This document shows, in pieces, positions 48,665-62,298 of a stretch of DNA of 64,000 nt. The notes below the pieces were generated by a model. That model made no database searches and had not been told where the DNA came from. It saw nothing but the letters and a program-made list of their open reading frames with translations. Source of the DNA: Antechinus flavipes. Taxonomy: Eukaryota. Numbering within the stretch: the first letter of the stretch is position 1; each line of letters begins with the position of its first letter. Both the position numbers and the translations under genes were made by a program. The DNA lies in the NCBI RefSeq assembly GCF_016432865.1, contig NC_067399.1, positions 216,628,001-216,692,000 on the forward strand, read 5' to 3'.

Positions 48665-49259
48665 CTTTTTATAATGACAAGGAATTGGAAATTGAGTGGA
48701 TGCCCATCAGTTGGGGAATGGCTGAATAAATTATAGTATAAGAATTTTATGGAATATTATTTTTCTATAAGAAACAATCAGCAGGGTGATTTCAGAAAGT
48801 CCTGGAGAGACTTACATGAAGTGATACTAAGTGAATTAATTGTGTAGAACCAAGAGAATATTATATACAGCAACAACAAGATTATATGATAATCAGCTGT
48901 GATGGACATGATTCTTTTCAATAATGCAGTGATTCAAGGCATTTCCAATAAACTTGGCATGGAAAATGCCATCTCCATCCAGAGAGAGAACTATGGAGAC
49001 TGAATGTGTATTTTCAACATTTTGTTTGTTTGCTTGTTTTTCCTTCTCATGTTTTTCCTCCTCTTGATCTTTCTCTCTTTTTTTTTTTGTACAATATAAA
49101 TATGCAAATGTATTTAAAAGAATTGCACATATTTAATGTATGTCAGATGGGGGGGGTAACTGGAGTGAGAGAGAAAAATCAGGAATACAGTTTTACAAAA
49201 ATTAATATGGAAAACTTTTACATGTATTTGGAAAATAAAATACTAATTGGAAAAAGAAA
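48665..49259 (+). mobile_element. 5'-truncated L1 inserted in a MIR-like SINE
   Basis: ORF2 end plus 3' UTR; 14-bp TSD aagtaatatggctt at 48651-48664 and 49260-49273. Confidence 0.9.
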
Positions 49260-52149
49260 AAGTAATATGGCTTACCCAAACTCAAACAGCTAGTAAGTCT
49301 CAGACTGGTGTCACATCTCCTTATCAACTTTATCAGTGCTCTGTAGGAGCCTCAATGTCTTTGGTAATTAGATTCCGGAATGTATACTTAAACAAGACTG
49401 GATTCAGAGTGGTAGCATTTAGATTCCCAAATATCTGTCAGATTCTCAGTGGTGTTTTACCCCTATTTCCACCTATCACTGCTGTTTAACTTTTTATACC
49501 TGCCTGTTTGGTTCTCTCTAACTAGATCATTAACTTCTTAAGGACAGGATCTGCAAAATATCATGCTTTATATTGGACCCAGGCCTTAGTGAAGTGCTGT
49601 GAACATAGCAGACTTTGAATAAATATTTGTTAAATCATTGTCTATTCCTGAAAGCAGGAATCAGTCCTAGTTCCTGACAGTGTTTTTGAGGGCTCAGGCT
49701 TCATCAGTAACATCTTGACATGTTCCCGGTTGTTTAATGAACATGATTAAAGGAATTCTAAAAGGTCGATGAAAAAGTTGTGCTATTGTGTTTCAAAATA
49801 CACTCTGGGACCAGCTAGCTTATTATAGCTTTTACTCAGAAAACGTTTTGGAATCACCTTGTAAACTCATTCTAAAATGCGGTAGGATTCATTAATCTCC
49901 ATAGCCTACATCTGCAGACAGAATTTCTCCAGCACATGCCCCAGAGGATTCAGGCCGTTCAGGAGAGCTTTATTTAAGTTGCAAATGAAATTAGTTTGCT
50001 CATTTTTAACTTAATTCCTAAAAGGCCATTTGATTTTGGAAATCTTACCTTCTCATTTGGTCTAAAACTTGCAATTTTAAAATAGCATTTATTTTAAATT
50101 TAAACTCCTTCCAACGTTGCCACATGAAGTTTAAAAGCTCATCGGTTTTCTCTTTGTAATTGACTCAAAAAATGTATCCCTGACTGTGTATAGCCTAAAT
50201 CTTTTCACATTTCTTATTTTCTTATTTGACTTAGAGAATATTCCCACCCTTTTTCTCATCCTCCATTTTGTGCCACTGTATTACATTTTTGTCACTATTG
50301 AGCCACACAAACCATTCTCAAGATTTTATAGAATCATGGAATCATGAATTTAGAGCTGGAAGATATTTAAAAGGCCATCTTGTCCAATAGCCTCATCTAA
50401 CAGTTAAGGAAATTGAGGGCAGACAGGTAAAGTGCCCAAGGCCTCCCAGGTTATAAGGATCAGAGGAAACATATGAAACAGGACCCATTTCCACTCTTTT
50501 TTTGCTTTTTGGATTCTCTTCTCTATCCCATAATGTTGTGTACTAAAATATAGGAAGACCTATCTAAATAGGTGATGATTTACAGATGGATAATTATCCA
50601 AGTTAAACATTAGCATATTTGCCTTGAAATGTTCCTGTGTCACTCCCATGCCATATGGAAAATTATTTCATTACAGTGATGTGATTCTAACAACATAATT
50701 GCTATCATAATTAAAATTACACACTTCTTAAGGTTATTATTTACTTGACTAGCAATGAAGCTGTATTTGTATTTTTTTCTTCCTCTAACAGCAGCATTGT
50801 TCAGGATATAAATAAATGCATAAGGTAAAGAAATTTTAAAGCATACAGAGATACAAATACTGTTGCCACTTAAAGAAAGGCATTCTAGGAATGCCTTTCA
50901 TTAAAGAGAGTTACTCTAGCACTTTTACTGACAGCTCAGATAGCTGTGGGCTAGTGAGTCCCAAATATAATGTAGCTATATCTTGTGGTAGGAATGCTTG
51001 GAAAGATGACTGGTAAGTACAAGACCTGTACAAGACAACTGAAATTAAGTTTGCTACATTGGATAAAGTTCTGAGCCCAGGTTCTGGAAACCTGCCTTAA
51101 AACCTACCTCATGGGCAAGTCTCATACCCTGCTCTGTGTTTCAGTCTCTTCATCTGTATAATGGAGTAAATGCTTAAACTACTGACCTCACAGTATTATA
51201 AAGAAAGCACCATGTCAACATTGAAATAAATATCTTTGAAATATGAACTGATATAATAAAACATGTTATTCTTATTATTTCATAATATTACATTGATTTT
51301 ACTATTTAATATTACAGATAACATTTTATATATGCACATATATAGAAGGTATTTACTTTATTCCAAACATTGTGATAAGTAAATACTTTGCAAATATTAT
51401 CTTGTTCAGTTCACCTCAAAAATCCTAGGACATAAGGACTATGAATTACGCTGATTTTCACAAATGAGAAAACTGTGGCAAACAGGTTAAATGACTTGTT
51501 CAGAGTCACAGAACTTGGAAATGTCTGACACTGAATTTGAACTCTGGTATTCCCAACTTCAGGCCTAGTGCTTTAACTACTGTATCACCAATTGTTATCC
51601 CTGAAGTTCTGTGATTTCATTAAGATGGAAAATTCCTCATGAAAACATTTAATCACCTGCTTTGAAAGTAGTCTGAGATAATGAGGGACTTGATGACTTG
51701 ATTATGGTCAATCATCCTGGCTAAAGCAGAAAATAGATTTGAATCCAGGTTTTCCCAACTTCAAGGCCAGTTTTTTCTCCATTGTACACTTTTGTCTCTT
51801 GAGGTATTATTATTGCTGCATAATCAGGACCCTTTGCAATGTATAAAAATACAACCTCTTGAAAAGATTTGAAGAGGTATCTCTACTATCTTTAACAAAC
51901 ACTTTTATCCAGGTATTCTATTCTGGTTTTGTTCACTTGTGCCAGAGTTTCTCTCATAATTATCCTTTCTAGACATTCAAATTTTATAAGAGCAAACCAA
52001 AGTCCAGAGAAAATATGTAATTTGCCCAAATTCCCACTTCTAGCTAATTGTGGAGCTAGAACAAGAATCTGGGTCTCTTGGCTCCCAGTCTTATATTCTT
52101 ATAGTCATTAAATTATCATCAACTATGTCATCAACTATGTGTATGAGTA

Positions 52150-52198
<49 letters not shown>

Positions 52199-52485
52199 AC
52201 AGATCTATATGAATAGATATAAGCCTTTTTGTTTCCCTGCTAACATATAATCATTATCTCCCAAAGAAAATTTATAATGTCAAACATATAAACATATTGT
52301 GATACTTAAAGGGCCATAAGTAGGAACCAGGAAGAGAGTCAGCACTGGGGAAGCAGAACACATATTGATGAAGAATAAAGATCAGAGAGCAAAGCAATTA
52401 GAAACAACAACAGCAACAAAATTAGTGTCAAGGAGACCATATCACAAAATACCTGGACTATAAATTACCTTGAAGTCAGGTACTT

Positions 52486-52679
52486 CAGGGCTTCTTAATT
52501 TTTTTTTTCCACTCTCAACCCCTTTTTACCTAAGAAATTTTTACATGACCATGGGTATATAGGAATATAAAATAGGTATACAAATCAAACATTTACTGAT
52601 AATAAAGCATAGTTTTGAGATCCTTATATTCAGTTACAACACCCCGTTTGGGTTTGTAACCCAGAATTTAAGAAACTAG
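52486..52679 (+). mobile_element. hAT-Charlie-type MITE
   Basis: Imperfect TIRs cagggcttcttaa / ttaagaaactag; internal sequence as recalled for a common marsupial MITE. Confidence 0.6.
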
Positions 52680-52859
52680 GATCTACTCCAACCAATACTC
52701 GAGAAGGAATCATCTCTGAAACTTTTCTGAAAGATGGTCATTCACCCTTGGTTTGAAAATTTTCAATAATAGATAAGTCCCTACTTAATTAAGCAGGCTA
52801 TTCCACCTCTGGCCATCTAATTCACTGAAAATTGGGTCTTATACTGAGCAATTCTCTCT

Positions 52860-52866
52860 GTCTCTG

Positions 52867-52933
<67 letters not shown>

Positions 52934-52935
52934 AG
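52860..52935. repeat. (CT)n microsatellite
   Basis: Read directly from the sequence. Confidence 0.9.
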
Positions 52936-53606
52936 TCTTTGTCTCTCTTTCACCCCACTCTAATTCCCCACCCCAATTCTAATGTAGAACAACATAGAAA
53001 GTCTTCGTACCTCCACACAACTAAAGAGGAGGAATGGTAGATTGCAATGACTATTTGAAAGGGAAAGGCTTCTCTCTTCCAAAATAAGCACACACGTAGA
53101 TGCCATCAACCAACCATGGTCTAACATGATCCTAGGGTCTCTCAATATCTTGATTCCATGCTTTGCATGTACTCCACATTGTCAGTTCTCTTTCTAAAAT
53201 GTGATACCGAGGACTAGTCAATATTTTACATTATTTGGCCAGGTCAGAACACCTACTCCTGCTTCATTCTGTCTATCATCTTCTCTTAATATAAGTTTAA
53301 CTCATGTTGGCTTCTTTGGCTGCCTTGTGACTCTTTTGTTTTATACTAAGCTTGGAGGCAATAGAATTTGTAAGATCTTTCCCATATGAACCATCTTTAA
53401 ATTATGTAAACATTTTATTCTTCCCTGCTCCCATATTGCCCTTGTGAAACCTGTGGTTTTAAAAAGTTAAATGGTTTCTGATTTATCTTTGCTAAATTTA
53501 ATCATGTTGATGAGATTCTCTCAATTGATCACAATCATTTTCAAAACAGAAATTTAAACAACAATATACAATTTAGACTTACAGGGTTCCTAGAGATCAT
53601 TAAATA

Positions 53607-53819
53607 CTATAGTTCTCAAACTTTTTTGAAATTATAAACTTTTATATTACTAAAAATTAATGAAGGTTTTCCCAAAGAGCTTTTATTTATGTAAGTTGTA
53701 TCTTTTGATATTTTCCCATTAGAAATTAAAACTATTATCAAAATAGTATTGACCTTGTTGAGGTCCTAAAAACATGTCAAAATTTTAGGTATTCCCCAGA
53801 CCACACTTTGAGAACTGTT
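53607..53819 (+). mobile_element. hAT-Charlie (MER5C-like) MITE
   Basis: TIR cores agttctcaaa / tttgagaact; internal ccaaagagcttttatttatgt...ccagaccacactttgagaac. Family name is from recall. Confidence 0.6.
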
Positions 53820-55224
53820 CATAGTCCAATTCCTTTATTTTAGAAATGGGGAAATCAAATCTCAGCGAAGTGAAGTAAATGATCAAAGGTCAGGCAAGGA
53901 ATCAAAATCGGTCCTATGAACTTGAATCTAGAGCTTTATCTATTATAACATGTTTTATTATTAACATATCAAATGAACTATTCCCATTTTGTCAACATGA
54001 ATTTGATAATCTTTTATTTGATGTTTTCATCTAAATAGTTAATAATAGTTTCGAAGATAACAGGGCCAAAGATATTGCCCAATGGAATGCAATAAAAACC
54101 TTTCTTTCAGTTTGGTCCTCCTCAAGCTTAGTCCTTTAGTCAAAATTAAAAAAATAATAATAATAAAATAAATAAGGAAATAATGCCAGTGCTGAATATA
54201 AATGAATTCATGCTGGCCTCTAGTGATTATTGCTGTCTTTTCTGAATAACAAAAATATCCTATCTATTTTATAATATATTCTAGAAAGTTATTAAGTATT
54301 AGTGTCAAGCTTATTTATAACCAGTTGGGGATTCCATCTCTCCCCACTCTGAAGAGTAGAATCATAGTTACCCATATTTGTTTCTTTGCATTTTCTTCAT
54401 TCTCCATATTTGCTCAAAGATTACTCTTTTTGTTTCAAAGTATGTATGTACGCTACAGTATGTAGTGCTACTTTTCTGAATCTAGAGTCTTGAATTTAAT
54501 GCTCATTGGTGCTCTTTTACTATATCCTCTAGTTCTATACCCATGATCCCATAGATCTGATCTCTCTTAAGTTCCAGGTTTTTCATCACAATGCTTATTC
54601 TGTCCTTTCCAGTATGAAGACTGTTCTCATAGAGGGGAAAGATGGGAATCAAGTAAGGGAAAAATAGTGCTTTCTTTTCTGCCAGTAGGTAGTAATCATT
54701 TGCATCCTCAGGCATATTCAAATAACATTGCTTCCAAAAGCAGATAGTTTCTCCCTCCCCATCCCTTTTATCTTTAAACAAACCTTTTCTGAGTATTTTA
54801 ATTGTTTTGCTCATATAAACCAATCCTAGGCTTAAAAAAGAATGCCTTATTCTTAGACATGTTTACTGCTTTTTAGTTTTTTACCTCCATTTAAAGCACA
54901 TGAGGAAAATCACCAGGGTAAAAGAGGCTGACATTTTTGCTCTTTCTTGCTCTTTATATACCAGTAGCTCACAGGACTGTATATTGAAATCCATCACCAA
55001 GGTATATTGTTTCCCCTAGTTGGGATGTAGGTAGCTCCAGTATTATAATTCACACATATATGCATACATATACATATGCAAAAATAGGTATATATGTATT
55101 CTATATCTACTTATATGTATTTTAAATCAATCAATAAAAATGCATTATTAAATACCTATCATGTACCAGGAAGAAGCATGTACTTATATAAGTAAATGTA
55201 TAAAAGATATATATATTTGTCTTG

Positions 55225-55643
55225 ATAGACTGTTGTCCAGTCATGTCTGATTCTTTGTAACCCAGATGGGATTTTCTTTGCAAAGATGTTGGAGTGATTT
55301 GCCATTTTCTTCTCTGGTGGATTAAGACAAGTAAAGGTTAAGTTATATCCACTGAGCCACCTAGCTCTTTCCAAAGCAAAAAGAGGTTAAGTGGCTTGCC
55401 CAGGGTCACACAGATAGTAAGTATGTGATATTGATTCTGAACTTCCAGGCCCTGCATTTTATTCACTCAGCCCTCTCTAGCTGCCCTGTCTATCTTCTGA
55501 TAAACTGCTGCTTTTTTGGAGGCAATTAGGGTTAAGTGACTTGTACAGGATCACATAGCTATTAAGTGTCTGAGGCCAAATTCAAACTTGTGTCCTTCTG
55601 ACTCTAGAAGCAGTGTTCTATTCTCTGCACCACCTACTACCCC
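55225..55643 (-). mobile_element. Cluster of marsupial SINEs (MAR1 piece plus two CORE/WSINE1-like copies)
   Basis: RTE tail at 55225-55330; CORE motifs ggttaagtggcttgcccagggtcacacag (55385) and gggttaagtgacttgtacaggatcacatagct (55530). Confidence 0.7.
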
Positions 55644-57589
55644 CAGATTACGTACTTAAGGTTAGGGATGATTTATTTCTTTATATTTATATCTCAAATG
55701 CATAGCATCTGGTATCCAGTTACTTATGTTGATTACGTGAAAAACTGTTTGACACTTTTTTGTTGTTTTTTTTTTTGTTTGTTTCTTAATAATTTCCATG
55801 TTTTCTATTTGTTCCCCACAAATAGATTTTCTTTATGATCAGGTTGCATAACTCCCCTAAATCTCCTATAGTTATGTTTTAAGAACCTGAAAAGGGCTTG
55901 ATAAATACTCATTGAATAGAATTGATTTATTGACCAGCTTTTGTCTCTGCTTCATTAGCTTATAGATTTTGACTGCCCTTTTCTCCCTTGAATATGACAT
56001 TTCCAGCAGCTGGAAACTCCCATCTAGATTATTTATAGCATCATGTCAGGATAGTGAGTTCATTCTGCATTCCCAAGAAACAGCACACTAAGTGGTACAA
56101 TCTGGATCACACCATTTCTCAACAAGAACTGAAGGAATCTGCCTCTTGAAGCATTATTAAATTTAACTTATTTAAGCAACTCCATCCAGAACCTGGCATG
56201 TTTGGTTGCCCCTGGGTGTTGACATAATCTATCTAAATTATAAACTAAAGGAAGCTCTCCTGCAAATGTTTAAGGCCTCTTTAAACACGTTTGCCATCTG
56301 TACATTTTGTTGGCATCCACTACTTTCAGGTTTTGCTTGTCATGGAAACGTATAGTTCAAGTGAGTTTGTGAAGAGGTCTGCAGGAATTTCAGGTACAAA
56401 TCTTGTTAACAAGTAATGCGACTGGGCAGGCGGCTCCTGTATATCACATGGTTGTCAGTGAAAGTGAAGCATCAAACTGCCAAATTGCTAAAGGAATTTA
56501 GTGTCTGTGTCTTTTTGTGGATTTGTAAATAGACAAAGTTCACTGCTATCCAAATTACTGGCAAAATCTAGGCTTCATCCAAGTGTTGGCTGATATATTT
56601 ATATCTTGCTTTTTTTCTAACCCAGGTTAAAAAAAATACTAAAGGCTTTTTGCTTTCAAGCACTTTTATCACTTTTATTGCAATTTTCTTCCATCTTCTT
56701 AAGACAAAAGTAAAGGAGCCGAGTGTTGCATATGGAAGAGTCTGGAATCTATACTCTAAGATATTACTAGTTTGTAATTTCAGTATTGAGAATACAGGTT
56801 TTTGACAAATAACCCTTTGAAAATGAAGGCAAAGAAAATACTAAATACAATCTGAGACTTCCTTAGAAACTAGGCTGAGGAGCTCTGCCTTAATGAGGTT
56901 TTGCTTTATGTTGCAGAAGAAAAATCATATTTTTCCTCATAGTCTTATTTTTACAGGTGGTTTAATGTATCATTGCCTACCTGTACTATTTGGTAAATAT
57001 CCTCCCTTAGACCAGTCTCAGTTTTTTGAAAGGTATTCCAAGGAAGACTCTGTACAATGTCATTTGAGTGATGGAGTGGACTGATTGTCTAGTGCCAACA
57101 ATGTAGCTGTGTTCACAGTGAATTCTGCCATGATGGCTGAATGCCCAGTGGTTGATTGAATTGTGAGTATTTAATTTACTCCATCATATTAGCTACAGCA
57201 GTGAGATGTGCCCCAGTTATTTTGAACCCTTTAACATGAGAATTGGACTAGTCATTTGTGTTCCAATCAACCTCTTGACCCTTGAAAAGTATCCTTGTTC
57301 TCCAACAACACAGTGTACTGGAAGGGACACAGGGTACGGAATCTGAGGACTAGATCCACCTCTGCCATTTTCATGAAATAGGACCATGAGAATCTTGATT
57401 CCATCCCTCCTTTTAAGGCCCAGGATCCTATGCTATAATATAAGAAAACTAGTACTTGCATTTCAATTGTTTTGGGAAAAAGACTTTTTAAATCAGAAAA
57501 CACCATAAAAATGTGAGTTGTTGTCATTGTTACTATTCATGGAGTAGTACAAGCCCCAATTCTTCCAAATAGGCTTCTTTTATTATCCT

Positions 57590-58280
57590 AGGTCTTAATC
57601 GAATTCTGCTATGAACTCACCCCAAAACCAATTTTCTTTATCACTCATTTGGCTTTTATCCTATGCCTCTTCATATGCTCTCACCTTTTATATACACAAT
57701 CAATCTCTACAAATAGACTGTGATGCCTTAGCTCTTTTTTGTACCTTCCACAGTGCCTAATACAGGGATATACATGCCATACATATTTATATACATGTGT
57801 GTGTGTATACACAGAGAGAGGGATATGTATATACACAATAGGTACTCATTTTTCTCTATATCCCCAATGCCTTGAACATAGTAGCCAATTCATAAACATT
57901 TATTAAAGTTATTTGAATCAAATGAATTCAGCATTCCTTTACCTTCCTCCATGAATTTGCATTGGCTATCTCTAATGACTGTAAATTTACTTCTACTTCA
58001 ACTCTGACTCCAGAAATTTCTGATTTTGTTCAAGGCAGAGATTCTGTACCACATGCTGCAAGAAGCCTGCTCTTGTCCCTCTAACTTAGTGGTCTCTCCC
58101 TCTTCCTCCTCATCATCACTACCACCATCATCATCATCATTTTATGATTTGCCTGCTACAAATGTGAGGATGTTAGCACATTGTGGAGAGAAGCTGTATT
58201 TCATTTTGTCTTTGTTCCTATAAAACCTAATACAGTGTCTGCAACATAATAGATACTTAATACATTTTTATTGAATTGAT
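57590..58280 (+). mobile_element. L2 fragments
   Basis: L2 3'-end motifs (cacagtgcctaatacag; aatacagtgtctgcaacataatagatacttaatacatttt). Confidence 0.5.
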
Positions 58281-58509
58281 TTGATGAAAGATGATAGTAG
58301 TTCCCCTCTAAACCCAGGCTAAGATGCAGGGATTTAGAACTTGGTCTGCAGTCTGGGAGATAAGCCCGAAGATGGCACCAGCTACTGACTATAACTGTAT
58401 ATCCTCACTATAGTCACATTAATATATTTGATTTTCAAAACAATCTGTAAAGATATAACTGCAATAATGTATATATCTATTTCTTGTCTTTCATATACTA
58501 AATTGGGAT

Positions 58510-58709
58510 TTCTACTTTGGGATAGTATTTTTTTAAATTAATAACTGTAGAGCAATATAATTGGTTTCCTAGGTAATCCTATGCATTTTAGCTTATGCAT
58601 TTTAAAACATTTAAAATATTTTGACGTGGTCACAGATTTTACCAGGACTGCCAAGAGTCCAAGAGTCAGTAGTTCTCACTTTCTCTCTCTCTCTCACTCT
58701 CACTGTTAT

Positions 58710-58759
<50 letters not shown>

Positions 58760-58880
58760 TGTCTTGTCTTTGTGTCTCTGTGTGTCTGTGTCTGACTGTA
58801 TCTCTGTCTGCATCTGTTTCTCGGTCTCTCTCTCACACACACAGACAGAGAGGGGTCAGTAACCTATCCCAGTAAAACCT
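58510..58880 (+). mobile_element. hAT-type MITE with an inserted TG/CT microsatellite
   Basis: aataactgtagagcaatataattggtttcctaggtaatcctatgcatttt...ccaggactgccaagag; related to 21718-22350. Confidence 0.5.
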
Positions 58881-59008
58881 AAGGATCAAAATTCTATAAC
58901 TCAAAAGCTGTTTAATTGTTTGGATGACGTGCAATAGTTATATTAAACCAAATTACCTGAGATGAATATCACAAAACTATGTTTATGAGGCACATTCTAT
59001 CTCTTCAG

Positions 59009-59062
59009 GGAAAGAAAGACCAGATTAGATTTAGCCCACCTTACACCCTGACACCCCACAGG
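59009..59062 (+). other. Candidate 54-nt symmetric exon
   Basis: Acceptor ttctatctcttcag, donor AGG|gtaagt; phase-0 frame is open (GKKDQIRFSPPYTLTPHR). Confidence 0.25.
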
Positions 59063-60599
59063 GTAAGTAAGCATGGTTGTGTTTTACTCTATTTGAGTGA
59101 TTGAGAAAATCAGGGAGTGACTGTGCCAAAGTAAACTCCCTTGGTGTCTAGACAGCTATTGAAGAAGGGTAGTTCAAACTCCATGTTATGAGCAGTGTCT
59201 AATCAGGATCTGACTGAATGAATTTTCAGATAAAAATGAGACAATATCCCAATAGTCTTATGGTATTGCATGAAGTAATGATTCATCTGTACATTCTGAA
59301 GTTTGGTTTTTTTTTTTTCAAACATTATTATACATGGCATTTTTAAAATTCAAACTTCCCAATTCATTTATTTATTTATTTGTATGCATATGACATCTCA
59401 GGATCAGCAAATTTTAATGGGGACCATCAGAGTATTAGCATTAACATGGTCATTGCCTGAGGCTTCCAGAAAGGCAGGATTTTCTTTCCATTATTATCTG
59501 TCCTTCCTATGCTATCTTACATAATCCTAAGAGTGAGCAGCTTTATCATTCCTCAACAGGCAGCTAAGTCCCCCTTTGCCAAACAGTCCTTGTGAATGGA
59601 ATTAAATAGATGGTATAGTGCAGCAAAGCAGTGCTTCCCCAATACTTTGACAGTGGTGTGCTCTTGGAGACAAGCCCAGGAAAAAAGAATTTTAAAAAGA
59701 AAAGCAGCATGGCTTGAGATGAGTCCAACTGATTTTCTACGAACCAATCAATAAGGTTGTATAGTGGTCCACATTTCTATAACCCTTTAATATTCATAAA
59801 GTAGTTTCCCCACAAGTCTGTCCAGTATTTTATGGAAGTATTATCATACCCCTTCCCTGAAAGAGGAATTTTGGTTGGTAGAATGGAATAATAAACACTC
59901 AACTTGGAGGCAAAAAACTGGTATTTAATATCAGACTCCGCTAATAGGTCTTAACCTGTGGAACTTGTGGCAATTTGGTCATATTTTCTGTACCAGTGTG
60001 ACAGCAGCAACTTTTGGACCTATTTTTCCTCATATTTAAAATAAGAACAATGGACTAGCTGATTTCAGAAAACTTTCCTGCTCTAATCTGTGATTCTAAA
60101 GTAGCTTATCTATAGTCTCACATATAAATATCAAAACTGGAACTTAAACCTATGTCTTTCCTGACTCTGAGTCCAAAGTTCTTTCCAATTATACCACAAT
60201 GTTTCTCTTATTCTCTTTGGAGTTACCAATGTAGTCAGTATTTTAAAGAAATTTAAAATATTATTTTATGCTTCCCCCACTAGAGCAAATACTTTTCTTT
60301 GTGTTTGGGAAGTATGTATAAAGGAGGAAGGCTAGTGTTCTGATTTACCTTCTTTACAAAAAAGTTTCTTTCTCTGCCCCTTAGAATACTGAACTTATTT
60401 CAAAATTCATCTCAAGCTCCTCTTAGTCCTACCAAGTATTAGTGAATAGAGAAGGGTGTTCACTAATATCCCTTCTCTCAGTATGCTTACTTTTCATATA
60501 TACTTAATATGCAAAATTATATATAAAATAACTTTCTAGGAATATATGATAAAAGAAATATCCCTATCTTCATTGCAAATCTGGATTTCCTAAATCACT

Positions 60600-60872
60600 A
60601 AGCATCTAGTAATACAATAGAAAGAGTGCTGGATCTAAAATCATGAGAACTCACCTTCATAAGTTCAAATCCAGCCGCAAACACTTACTAGCTAGATGAT
60701 CCTGGGCAAGTTACTGAATTCTATGAGATCACTGGACAATGTCTCAGTTTCCTCATCTGTAAAAGGAACTAGAGGGAGAAATAGCAGACCGCCCAAGTAT
60801 CTTTGCCAAGAAAACCCTAAATGGGGTCATGAAGAATTGGCCACTACTGAAAAACAACAGAACAACAACAAA
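60600..60872 (+). mobile_element. MAR1-type SINE
   Basis: B box aagttcaaatcc, CORE, RTE tail caagtatctttgccaagaaaaccctaaatggggtcatgaag, (aac)n end. Confidence 0.8.
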
Positions 60873-61099
60873 AAGAAAATCACTAAGATAACACATTTAG
60901 TCCTTTTCCATCCTAAGTTTTATATTTATTTAGATGATCCCCAAGGTCCATTGCAGCTCTGCATCAAGAATTCTAATATTTCTACTATTACATTCATATC
61001 TGACCAAATTTTCCTAAGAAACTCATTCAAGTCCTCAATAATTTCACTATAGTATCCTTTCATCTCTGTTTTACTGCTCAACTAATGCAAATATAATCA

Positions 61100-61470
61100 A
61101 AACTTACTGTTTCTCTATTTCTACACCACCCATCTTGAGTTGTCTTTGACTCACCCTTCCTTGCCACTGTTTTTTAAATAATTATTAAATCTTATAGATT
61201 TTTCCTTTACGCAGTTCCTTTTATTTCTCCTGTCCTCTGTTTCCTGGCTCCATCCTCTACCAGGGCTAGTTTTCCTCATCATTTCAGTCTTATAATAATA
61301 GGCACCTCATTTCAATTTCTCCTCTCTTCTATCCATCCTGCCTATTACTGCCAGCTTAATCTTTCTTGAACATCACATGAATTATGTCATTCCTTTGTCT
61401 AAAACCCTTTTCTGACTTATGCTGTATTCAAGCTGGACAGTCCTATGGCTTTCATCACTCTTTGAAGCCT
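61100..61470 (+). mobile_element. L2 fragment
   Basis: Pyrimidine-rich L2 ORF2 3' region (ctatccatcctgcctattactgccagcttaatctttc). Confidence 0.55.
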
Positions 61471-62067
61471 GATCTGGTATCATGGGTAAGAAGGATCCTT
61501 GGAGTAGAAACCAAAGACATTCTCCCTAGACCTTTTATTAGCTGGGCAAATCTTGATTGTGCACTCAGATATCTAGTTACCTCTTCTATAAAATGGAGGT
61601 GATAAAAATCATAATATCTACTGCACAAGATTGTTGTGAGGTAATTCGGTTTTTGTCTTAGTAACACAGGGACCTTTTTAGAAGGAGAGGACTAGCTTTG
61701 TATTTTCTCTGACTTCTAATGAAGAAACTTTAAATATGCATACTAGTACCTGCTTATAATTTGAATCCATCTTCTTTCCTATGAAGCCAGGTCTCTATCC
61801 ATTATGATACAGATATTCCTTGGATATTAATATAACTGCAATAAGATTGGCAGGTAGTTCATCCAGAGACCCTGATAGACAGAACCTTTATTTCAACCAT
61901 CCTGATTACTGAAATATATTTGACTTAAGCTTTTTGAAAACGTCTCTTTTTCCCTAATCACTACTCCACACTATCTGGTTTATAGTGCAATAAATGCTTG
62001 TTAAACTTAATTGAAATACAAATTGACAACACAAGTAGTTTTTAGTATATTCTTCATCTAACAAGTA

Positions 62068-62298
62068 GGTGGAGCTTATAGAGCTTCAGGCAGTATGCTC
62101 ATCTTCCTGAGTTCAAATCCTGCCTCAGACACTCACTAGGTATATATCTCTGAGTAAATTTGTGAATCCTATTTTGCTCTGTTTCTTTATTATAAAACAA
62201 GCTAGCTAAAGAAGCTAGATACCCCTCCAATATTTTTGCCAAGAAAACCCCAAATAGGTTACAAGTATTAGACACAACTAAAAATTACTGAGCAACAA
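62068..62298 (+). mobile_element. MAR1-type SINE
   Basis: cctgagttcaaatcctgcctcagacact, RTE tail tttgccaagaaaaccccaaat...caactaaaaattactgagcaaca. Confidence 0.75.

Larger units (their letters stand above)
52690..54830 (-). mobile_element. Long fragmented L3/CR1 remnant
   Basis: 3' end at about 52690-52860, RT-region pieces at 53100-53560 and 54195-54480. ORF 54503-54823 is a CR1 ORF2 linker remnant (AEKKALFFPYL...DIVKEH). Confidence 0.6.

Noticed and set aside
54503-54823. 106-aa minus-strand ORF
   Set aside because: It lies within the L3/CR1 remnant and resembles decayed ORF2.
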